Part shown: positions 57,801-64,000 of the stretch, piece by piece
How the letters are laid out: each line of letters begins with the position of its first letter
How positions within the stretch are numbered: the first letter of the stretch is position 1
Source of the DNA: Planctomycetota bacterium
GTDB lineage: Bacteria > Planctomycetota > B15-G4 > JADJEK01
Direction: 5' to 3'
DNA: 64,000 nt
Assembly (NCBI GenBank): GCA_044225365.1
Contig: JBGAIQ010000005.1
Coordinates: forward strand, 21,287-85,286
The notes under the pieces: generated by a model
Databases searched by the model: none
What the model saw: only the letters and a program-made list of their open reading frames with translations
Told to the model about the DNA's origin: nothing
Program-made: the position numbers and the translations under genes

Positions 57801-59969
57801 TTGGAATTGCGTCCCGTCGGGCGGGAGCTGCTCTGCCTGCGAGAAAGAGGTTTCCGCCTCGACGAGGCGTCCGGCCATCGCCAGCGCCCTCGCCCGTAGC
57901 GACTCGCGCACGTACGCCCGTTCGGGTCGCATGGGCTCACCGTCGAGCATCGAAAGAGCACGAAGCGCGAGCGTCGGGTTCACCTCGACGAGCGCGGCGC
58001 GCGCGCTCGCGAGAGCGTAGTGCCGTGGAGCCTTCCTGCCCGCAAACGCCAGCGACTGCGCGACCGACGCAAGCGTCGTGGCGTCACGACTCCGTCGCAA
58101 GAGAGCGCGCGCGATCGCCCGCGCGGCCTGCGCATCGTTCGGGCTCGCCACCTTGGAGGCGAGCGTCACGGCGATCGCCGAGTCGAGCACTCCCGTCTCG
58201 TGAGGCGGCTTGAAACCGCGCAACACGAGTAGACGCGTCGCGCGGGCCAACATCGCCAGGACGGCCGGCCCGAAGAGCCCGGTTGCCTCGACGAGCACCG
58301 GGATCGGCAGGGAGACCCGAACCTGGGCGAGGAGGACGAAGACGGATCGCGACTCGCTCGGCAATTCGTCGAGATAGGCCGTGAAGGAGTTGCGACCTCG
58401 CGAGTCGACGGCGGAATCCTCGATCACGGCGGCGTGCTCGGCGTCGTCGAGTCGTGCCAGATCCGCGACGATGCCGCTCTCCCGATCGAGCAATCCGCCG
58501 CGCCGCGCCAATTCGCGCACGATCGACCGCATGCGCCGTGGCGAACCGTCGGAGCGCCGCACGAGCTCCGCCGCGAGCGCCTCCGGAGCGAGGAGGCGCG
58601 GGATCGTCACCTCGAGGATCGCGAGGACGTCCGACTCGGCGATCGGCTGGATCATGAATTCATCGAACTCGACCACGAAGTCGACGGGCAATGCGAGACG
58701 CGCCGCGTCGACGTCGCCACCGAGTGCGATACCTCCCGCGACCTCGCCGCGAGCGAGCGCGGCCGCGAAGACCGCGAGCGCTTCGATCGCCGATCGACTC
58801 GCGTTCTCGACATCGTCGAGGATCGCGATCACTCCGGGCATCTTCTCGCGCGCGTTCGCGATCTCGGCGATCGCTCGAAGCGGCGAGTCGACTTCGGCGA
58901 GATCGAGCGTGAGGATCCCGCGAGCCCTCGCGAGTTCGCGCAGCCGCAACAAGTGCGTCGTTCGGCCGCTGCCAAGGCGCCCCCCGATGACCAGCGTGCG
59001 AGGACTCTCGCTCGAATCCTCGATCCCGGACGCGACGCCGCCGAGCCAACGCGCGAGGCGCTCCTCCGAAGTGCGGGCGAGGACGACTCGCCAATTCTCC
59101 TTCGTGCTCGTTGCATCGACGTCGCCCGTCCCGAGCAAGCGGCGGTGCACGGCTCGCGCGTCGAGGGTGCGGAGCGCTGGATCCGGCGCCAGGAGCCGCA
59201 AGAGGAGCTCCTCGAGGAAGGGTGCGGAACAGCGTTCGGCGACGCGTCGCGCCACGTCCGCGGGAACTCCCGCGAGGATCGCGCGGACCAAAGAAGTCGC
59301 GTCGGATCCGTCGGTCGACGGAGGGACGAAGAAGAGCGGTTCGCCGAGCACGACCTCGACCAGCAGGCTGCCGAACGCGTAGAGATCCGATGCGGCAGTC
59401 GGCGCCGCGGAGAGCAATCGTTCGGGGGCGAGGTATTGCAATGTGCCGTGACGCGCTCGCTCGGGATCGGCGAAGGCGGGGTCGATCAGCACGCCTCGTC
59501 CGCTCGGCGTGACGATCACGTTTTCCGGCTTGAGATCCCCGTGCGCGAGTTCGAGCGAGTGCATCGCGAAGAGGCCGAGAAGGACGTCGCCGAGCACCGC
59601 GAAAGCCTTCTCACGAGAGAGCGCAGGCAGTGCGGCTCGCAGGTCGCGGCCTTCGACGTAATCGCAGACGACGTACGAAACCCCCGTCGCGGGGTCGGTC
59701 TCGATCGCGAGCATCGTCGCGAGATTCTCGTGGCGGAAGCCGAGGAACGAGACGAGAGCCTCGACGTTCGCGAAGTCGGCACCGAGGCCAGCGGAATCGC
59801 TGCGATCACGGAGCAGTGCGCGATCGAAGCGTGGCGGCCGATCCGCTCGGCGCGGCAAGGGTCGCAGCACTCGTCGCGCGTTGCCGCTCGCCGTGTCCCG
59901 CACGAGCCATGGCGTTCTGGGCGCGACGACGGAGGCGAGCGCCCGCTCGACGCGGTAGCGTCCGAGCAA
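54852..59969 (-). CDS. Giant multidomain regulator: degenerate Ser/Thr kinase, P-loop NTPase (STAND/PknK-like), TPR, GAF, sigma-54 activator AAA+, Fis HTH. The start is uncertain: the track ORF extends to 60068 and overlaps fur; a TTG at 59969 is proposed.
   Basis: N-terminal kinase fold (LGRYRV..., HGDLKPENV, YLAPE). P-loop LVIGGRLGSGRTTHLL. About 600 aa of TPR-like repeats. GAF-like stretch ...GFVVTRFESSFRFEAARNL...GAIYVDD... Sigma-54 module GEAGTGKE, GSFTGA and LFLDEIAD, with an Arg finger. C-terminal HTH ...AAERLGITRRWLQTLISKYGI. Confidence 0.8.
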   Translation of the reverse strand: MLGRYRVERALASVVAPRTPWLVRDTASGNARRVLRPLPRRADRPPRFDRALLRDRSDSAGLGADFANVEALVSFLGFRHENLATMLAIETDPATGVSYVVCDYVEGRDLRAALPALSREKAFAVLGDVLLGLFAMHSLELAHGDLKPENVIVTPSGRGVLIDPAFADPERARHGTLQYLAPERLLSAAPTAASDLYAFGSLLVEVVLGEPLFFVPPSTDGSDATSLVRAILAGVPADVARRVAERCSAPFLEELLLRLLAPDPALRTLDARAVHRRLLGTGDVDATSTKENWRVVLARTSEERLARWLGGVASGIEDSSESPRTLVIGGRLGSGRTTHLLRLRELARARGILTLDLAEVDSPLRAIAEIANAREKMPGVIAILDDVENASRSAIEALAVFAAALARGEVAGGIALGGDVDAARLALPVDFVVEFDEFMIQPIAESDVLAILEVTIPRLLAPEALAAELVRRSDGSPRRMRSIVRELARRGGLLDRESGIVADLARLDDAEHAAVIEDSAVDSRGRNSFTAYLDELPSESRSVFVLLAQVRVSLPIPVLVEATGLFGPAVLAMLARATRLLVLRGFKPPHETGVLDSAIAVTLASKVASPNDAQAARAIARALLRRSRDATTLASVAQSLAFAGRKAPRHYALASARAALVEVNPTLALRALSMLDGEPMRPERAYVRESLRARALAMAGRLVEAETSFSQAEQLPPDGTQFQLAVEHAQLLERMGRATDAVDRLDRALLRARGNDVFRLRAARAWAANAAGKTAEARNEVNALWSLRQGIDDLSARLEIAAVAGPLADRAGDVRRTHEAFVEARRLSRRLGRLARAAHFDSTLAVIDLEAGRAALAERRLRRAVNLLERSSDRRLLPDVLTRLGLARLESGDARRAFQSLQRATILFSRAGNRRGLGWALAGEGAARLFLGDPEAAVKCLEQSLEHRKFVNAHPGAALSAAELIRARATLGDIDGTRAAVRESLQLSAGPERASARLSVLIAIAEAARDRGEIATAWGVARRAVLLADRAGGQGERATAESLVAEQQLFRSDPIGALRRARLARRLARAAGRRKALAEATGIRAAALVLLRRDAARCALLSALETASDDATKAAVLIAFARAVRLDLANGSFEFARDGRDAARAAQRHALACGHRLRIAIARELVAALDAALEGTAVERDLLRENRQLRQVLEASRWINEADSVADVLTRILDTALDLLGASRGFVVTRFESSFRFEAARNLRQQDIEDPAMQLSRSIVERTLASGETIVTSEARTDERFKEYQSISRLDLLSVLCAPLKARGEVIGAIYVDDPERIDRFDDSARNVTQALAEQAAIVLDRARLRGEIEVLNTRLLADVKARTRELETARDDLDRVRRELEAKGVASPLVTQDPRLLGILDLVERVADSDASVLVLGEAGTGKELIARSLHDRSYRRRKRFIAVNCASLPETLVEAELFGYRKGSFTGATRDHEGLVVAADQGTLFLDEIADMPLAMQAKLLRVLQDGEVWPLGSNKPQRVNFRLVAATNRPLVEWVAAGRFREDLYWRLRVIPIDVPPLRDRRGDVPLLVAHFSSEIARRSGDKPRGFTDAALAHLSAQPFPGNVRELEAVVRALVLTSPHDPIDAQDLPPDYRRTPLPAVVAPVRESALPGETSLKDAVANYEKELVVAALRASEGNRGKAAERLGITRRWLQTLISKYGIE

Positions 59970-59985
59970 GAGCTTCGCATCGCGA

Positions 59986-60465
59986 TCAGCCAGACTTCTC
60001 CTCCGATTTGCCGCACGCCGCGCAGAGGCCGAACAGCTTGAGCGTGTGCGAGAGCACTCGGAAGCCATGACGCTTCGCCGCCTGCTCCTGATGCGCCTCG
60101 ATCTCGGGATCCGAGAATTCCACGATGTCGCCGCATCGCAGACAGATCATGTGATCGTGGTGCTCGCGACCGTGGACCGGCTCGTAGAACTTGGCCTCGC
60201 GAGCGCCGATCTCCAACTCGTCGAGGAAGTTCGAGTCGACGAGCAACTTCAGCGTGCGATAGACCGTCGCCTTGCTGACGTACATGCGCTCGCGCTTCAG
60301 GACTTGATAGAGATCCTCGGCGGAGAAGTGCTTCGGCATCGAGAACGCGCGCTTCACGATCTTGAGCCGCTGCGCGGTGTGCTTCAGCTTGTTCTCGCGG
60401 AGGAACCGCTCCAGCAGTTCGTCGACCTTGGCGGCCTTCGCGCGTTTGGTCTCGCTCTGGATCAC
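59986..60465 (-). CDS. fur: Fur family transcriptional regulator (ferric/zinc uptake regulator-like)
   Basis: 159 aa. The GTG start overlaps the purD stop (GTGA). The DNA-binding helix ...KATVYRTLKLL and the metal sites HHDHMICLRCG and CAACG are present. Confidence 0.8.
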   Translation of the reverse strand: MIQSETKRAKAAKVDELLERFLRENKLKHTAQRLKIVKRAFSMPKHFSAEDLYQVLKRERMYVSKATVYRTLKLLVDSNFLDELEIGAREAKFYEPVHGREHHDHMICLRCGDIVEFSDPEIEAHQEQAAKRHGFRVLSHTLKLFGLCAACGKSEEKSG

Positions 60466-61742
60466 GCCGAAGCCTCGTAGTCCTTGCGCCCGATGTCGGT
60501 GCGATAGAACGCCTTCTCGAAACGAATCCGGGCAACCCTGCGGTAGGCCTTCTCACAGGCCTGGCGAAGGTCTGTCCCGAGTGCGGAGACGGTGATCACT
60601 CGCCCGCCGGCCGTTACGACGCTTCCGTGATGCAGGGCCGTACCCGCGTGGAAGACCGATACGCCCTCTTCGGCTTCGTCGCGGAGGCCTTCGATCGGGT
60701 AACCCTTCTCGAAGCTGCCGGGATAACCTCCCGAGGCGATCACGACGGCGCAGCAAGGCCGCGGGTCCCACTCGAGTCCCTTCGACTGGTCGAGCTTCCC
60801 ATCGACCGCGAGCGAGAGCAACTCGAGCAGATCGGTCCGAAGCCGGGGAAGGATCGCCTGCGCCTCGGGATCGCCGAGCCGCACGTTGAATTCGAGCACT
60901 TTCGGGCCCGCCTTCGTCAGCATCAATCCCGCGTAGAGGAAGCCGACGAAGCGGTGTCCTTCCCGAGCGAGAGCGTGAACCACCGGGACGAAGACCTGCG
61001 ACTCGACCTGCCGGAGGATCGCCGGAGTGATGTTGCTCGCGGGACAGACGGCGCCCATTCCGCCGGTGTTCGGGCCGCGGTCGAAGTCGAACGCCTGCTT
61101 GTGATCGCGCGCTGCCTCGAGGGTGGCGATCGTGCGGCCGTCGACGATCGCGATCACAGATGCCTCACTGCCCTGCAGGAACTCCTCGATGACGAGGCGC
61201 GCCCCGGCCTCTCCGAAATCTTGCGTCACCATGAAGCGATCGATCGCCGCGAGCGCCTCGTTGCGATCGGCCGCGATGATGACGCCCTTGCCCGCCGCGA
61301 GGCCGTCGGCCTTCAACACGATCGGGAAATCGACGATGGCGTCGATGTACGACCGCGCAGCGTTCGCATCCTGGAAGATGCGGAAGCCGCCGGTCGGGAC
61401 GTGGTACTTGCGGCATAGTTCCTTGGTGAAGGCCTTACTGCCTTCGAGGCGAGCCGCGCCGGCGACGGGGCCGAAGATCTTGAGGCCGCTCGCATGGAAC
61501 GAGTCGGCGATGCCGAGTACGAGGGGCGCCTCGGGTCCCACGACCGTGAGGTCGATCGCCTGCGCCTTCGCGAACGCGGTGAGGCCCGCGACGTCGTCGA
61601 TCTTGATGTCGACGGTCTCGGCGATCTCGGACATGCCGACGTTGCCCGGTGCGACGAACAACTTCGAGAGCCGAGGAGAACGCTGGATGGCTGCGCAGAG
61701 CGCGTGTTCGCGCCCGCCGCTGCCGATGACGAGTACTCGCAT
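60462..61742 (-). CDS. purD: Phosphoribosylamine--glycine ligase
   Basis: Starts at an internal ATG of track ORF 60462..61970 (MRVLVIGSGGREHAL...), giving a full-length PurD of about 427 aa with an ATP-grasp fold. Confidence 0.9.
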   Translation of the reverse strand: MRVLVIGSGGREHALCAAIQRSPRLSKLFVAPGNVGMSEIAETVDIKIDDVAGLTAFAKAQAIDLTVVGPEAPLVLGIADSFHASGLKIFGPVAGAARLEGSKAFTKELCRKYHVPTGGFRIFQDANAARSYIDAIVDFPIVLKADGLAAGKGVIIAADRNEALAAIDRFMVTQDFGEAGARLVIEEFLQGSEASVIAIVDGRTIATLEAARDHKQAFDFDRGPNTGGMGAVCPASNITPAILRQVESQVFVPVVHALAREGHRFVGFLYAGLMLTKAGPKVLEFNVRLGDPEAQAILPRLRTDLLELLSLAVDGKLDQSKGLEWDPRPCCAVVIASGGYPGSFEKGYPIEGLRDEAEEGVSVFHAGTALHHGSVVTAGGRVITVSALGTDLRQACEKAYRRVARIRFEKAFYRTDIGRKDYEASA

Positions 61743-61918
61743 CAAAACCCCGAACACTGCCATTTTGCGGCGCCGTCGCCGCTCGTGAGCCGGCAAAAAG
61801 TACCAGCATCGCGAACCCCGGCAAGGACCGCGCCGAAAAAACGGCGACAGATTCGCGCGCGCCGGAGACGACATCGTAGACTCGATCGTGTCGAGCCCAT
61901 TCTGTCCGTTCGAATCCG

Positions 61919-63187
61919 ATGATCGAAGCCTCGAGCCTCCTCTGCGCAGCCCTCGCGCTCGCGCCCGCACCCCCCGTCGAATTCGCCGGGAGTCGTCTCT
62001 ACGCTGCGAGCGTCGGAGGCGATCGAGTCGTCGGATTGGACAACGATGGCGTCACGGCGCAGACGATCCTCGATGCCGGGCTCGTGGATCCCCGCGGCAT
62101 CGCGTTCGGTCCCGACGGCAAGCTCTACGTCGCATCGGGAGACCACGTCCTGAAGTTCGGAGGCAATGGCGCACTCGAGGACACGCTCGGTGCCGCCGCG
62201 GGTCTCACGGGCGCACGCGGCATCGCGATCGGGCCGAATGGCGACCTGTTCGTCACGTCGCTCACTCAGATCCTCGAACTGCGGCGCGATGGGACCCTGG
62301 TGCGTTCGATCGGCTCGGGCGACAACCTGCACGTGCCGGTCGGCCTCTGCTTCTCCGGTGAAGGCCACCTCTTCGTCACGCTCGCCGGGGACAACGCGAT
62401 CGCGGAATACGATGCGAGCTTCGACCGCATCCACGTCTCCACGTTGACCGAACTCGCGATTCCGATGGGGATCACGATCGCTCCGAACGGAGTCCGCTAC
62501 GTCTCGTCGTTCTTCAATGCGTCCGTCCTCGCGCTCGACGCGACCGGTGCGGTCGTCGGCGTCTTCACCGACGCCGCACTGCTCTTTCCCTCCGGCATCG
62601 CAGTCGGCCCCAACGGCAATCTCTTCGTCTCGACGTTCTTCGGCAACACGATCGTCGAGCTCACGCCGGTCGGCGCGAAGGTCCGCGAGATCTCGCTCCC
62701 CACCGGAGCGACGAACCCCGAGGGCATCGCGTTCGCGCCCTACCGCTGGAAGGGCAAGCTCAAGGGCCGACTCGTCGTCGATCCATCGATCGCGAAGAAC
62801 GTCAACGAGAACGTCTACCTGGCGTACGCTCCGGGTTCGCGCACCCTGATGATCGATCTCGTCGACAAGACCTCGTCCAAGGATCTGGCGTCGACACTCG
62901 GCGTCACCGGCATGGCGTTCTACGGCTTCGAAACGTTCGAGACGCAGGACGCGAAGGCACGACGCGTCCAGGGACTCGAACTCGCACTGTTCTCCGCCGC
63001 GCCCGCGGACCCACCGGGAGCGGGTGCACTCACCCAGAGTTCGATCGTGCTCGACTTCACGGGCAAGGCAGCGCCCTTCGGTTCATCGCCCGGGTTCTTC
63101 CCGAAGAGCGCGACCGGAACGCTCACCCGCAGCAACTCGAAGAGTTCGCTTCGAGGAACGATCGTCACGTCGAGCGCGCTCCACTGA
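61919..63187 (+). CDS. Secreted NHL/SMP-30-like six-bladed beta-propeller protein
   Basis: 422 aa with an ATG start and a signal peptide. Repeated blades of the form PxGIAxGPxGxL[FY]V (DPRGIAFGPDGKLYVAS, ARGIAIGPNGDLFVTS, PSGIAVGPNGNLFVST...) are present. Confidence 0.6.
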   Translation: MIEASSLLCAALALAPAPPVEFAGSRLYAASVGGDRVVGLDNDGVTAQTILDAGLVDPRGIAFGPDGKLYVASGDHVLKFGGNGALEDTLGAAAGLTGARGIAIGPNGDLFVTSLTQILELRRDGTLVRSIGSGDNLHVPVGLCFSGEGHLFVTLAGDNAIAEYDASFDRIHVSTLTELAIPMGITIAPNGVRYVSSFFNASVLALDATGAVVGVFTDAALLFPSGIAVGPNGNLFVSTFFGNTIVELTPVGAKVREISLPTGATNPEGIAFAPYRWKGKLKGRLVVDPSIAKNVNENVYLAYAPGSRTLMIDLVDKTSSKDLASTLGVTGMAFYGFETFETQDAKARRVQGLELALFSAAPADPPGAGALTQSSIVLDFTGKAAPFGSSPGFFPKSATGTLTRSNSKSSLRGTIVTSSALH

Positions 63188-63411
63188 GCGCCACGTTTCG
63201 CGCCCGCTCGCTGGCGATCACGCGCGCGGCTTTTCCGTGGCTTTTCGATGCAGTCCCCTCGACATCGCGATATGGTGTCTCGCGTTCAGGAACGCTGCGC
63301 AACCACACACCGACGGCCGTCCAACGCTCGAGCTTCGCCCGGCGATGAACGCGGGAGCGACCCGCATCGATCCGGCTCCACTGTCGACTCGAGGGATGGT
63401 CTGGGGTAGCC

Positions 63412-64000
63412 ATGCAGAGCGAGAGTGACGCGGTGACCGACAGCGTCGCGCCGATCGATTCGATGAATCCCGTTCGTTCCGATTCACCGCCGCAGGATCT
63501 CGGGCGCGACGTCTCCAGGTCGACCGCGCTGCCGATCGCGCCGATCCTCGCGCTCCTCGCCGGGGTCTTCAGCGTCGCGTCGGTGGGCGCGTCGATCCTC
63601 GCCGTGGCGGCGACGCGCGAGCTCTCCTTCCTGCAGTCGACACAAGTCATCGGCGCACTCGCTCTGCTCGCGCTCGCACTGCTCGCACGACGGCGATCGT
63701 CGCAACCCCTGCCGATCGGCCGCCTCGGACTCTGGCTCGCTGCGACCGCCCTCACGATGGCTGGAGCCGTCGAACTGCCGAGTTGGCCGTCGATCGATAC
63801 CTTCGGGATCGGAGTCACCTTCCCGTTCCTCGTTCTGCTCGCCCTCCTCACGTACTTCGTCCTCGAACGGGACACCGACGGCGCGACATCGGGCATGATC
63901 GCGTGCGTGATCTTCGCGGCCTTCGGCGGACCGCTCTTCCTGCGCGACGGCGATGCCTTCCACGCGGTGCATCTGCTGCTCGCCATCGCCGGCGTCGGAA
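63412..64000 (+). CDS. Polytopic membrane protein, 3'-truncated at the window edge
   Basis: An ATG at about 63412 opens a frame with no stop before the window ends. Strong GC3 bias and several hydrophobic helices are present (PIAPILALLAGVFSVASVGASILAVAA...). It is not in the ORF track because it lacks a stop. Confidence 0.4.
   Translation, partial: MQSESDAVTDSVAPIDSMNPVRSDSPPQDLGRDVSRSTALPIAPILALLAGVFSVASVGASILAVAATRELSFLQSTQVIGALALLALALLARRRSSQPLPIGRLGLWLAATALTMAGAVELPSWPSIDTFGIGVTFPFLVLLALLTYFVLERDTDGATSGMIACVIFAAFGGPLFLRDGDAFHAVHLLLAIAGVG

Noticed and set aside
63165-63986. Minus-strand 273-aa ORF at the right edge.
   Set aside because: Its product is an Arg/Ser/Ala-rich low-complexity sequence. 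The overlapping plus-strand frame encodes a plausible membrane protein with good GC3 bias. The minus ORF is judged spurious.

Overview
The window is 64 kb of high-GC (roughly 65-70%) bacterial chromosome. Gene content suggests a myxobacterium-like or planctomycete-like organism: many Ser/Thr kinases, sigma-54 activators, an ECF sigma factor and large secreted beta-propeller proteins. I call about 47 protein genes and one tRNA-Arg(CCG).

Gene calls, start to end:
- 5'-truncated B12/radical-SAM gene.
- Orphan NtrC-like sigma-54 response regulator.
- Secreted beta-propeller proteins: PD40/TolB-like, two Kelch-like, two FG-GAP/VCBS, one NHL-like, one PQQ-dehydrogenase (SGL)-like.
- Cysteine-desulfurase-family aminotransferase.
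- A two-gene bacterial-microcompartment satellite (BMC vertex protein plus class II aldolase).
- GT4 glycosyltransferase.
- Lipoprotein built from about 25 short aromatic repeats.
- VOC/glyoxalase gene plus hypothetical gene, bracketed by inverted hexanucleotide tandem arrays.
- Alpha/beta hydrolase.
- Five-gene transport operon: RND pump, Fe3+-type substrate-binding protein, fused two-domain permease, ModB-like permease, ATPase with TOBE domain.
- Secreted nonaheme c-type cytochrome.
- TPR Ser/Thr kinase.
- ECF sigma factor.
- Long minus-strand block: cytochrome-c peroxidase, VCBS protein, two tandem paralogous secreted proteins, tRNA-Arg.
- AsmA/DUF748-like, DUF547, SGL dehydrogenase, cytochrome c operon.
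- HtrA-like protease, ribH, nusB, ftsY.
- SGNH hydrolase, HATPase protein, SAM methyltransferase, O-antigen-ligase/TPR protein.
- A roughly 1700-aa regulator that fuses a degenerate Ser/Thr kinase domain to a STAND-like NTPase, TPR, GAF, a sigma-54 activator module and an HTH.
- fur, purD, and a 3'-truncated membrane protein.

Most notable:
- the pseudokinase to sigma-54 activator fusion;
- a conserved C-terminal module of about 110 aa shared by four unrelated secreted proteins;
- the BMC-P/aldolase satellite pair;
- the repeat-flanked two-gene cassette.

Coordinates of non-coding features read directly from the sequence lines are approximate (+/- 2 nt). I saw no CRISPR array, transposase, integrase or rRNA.
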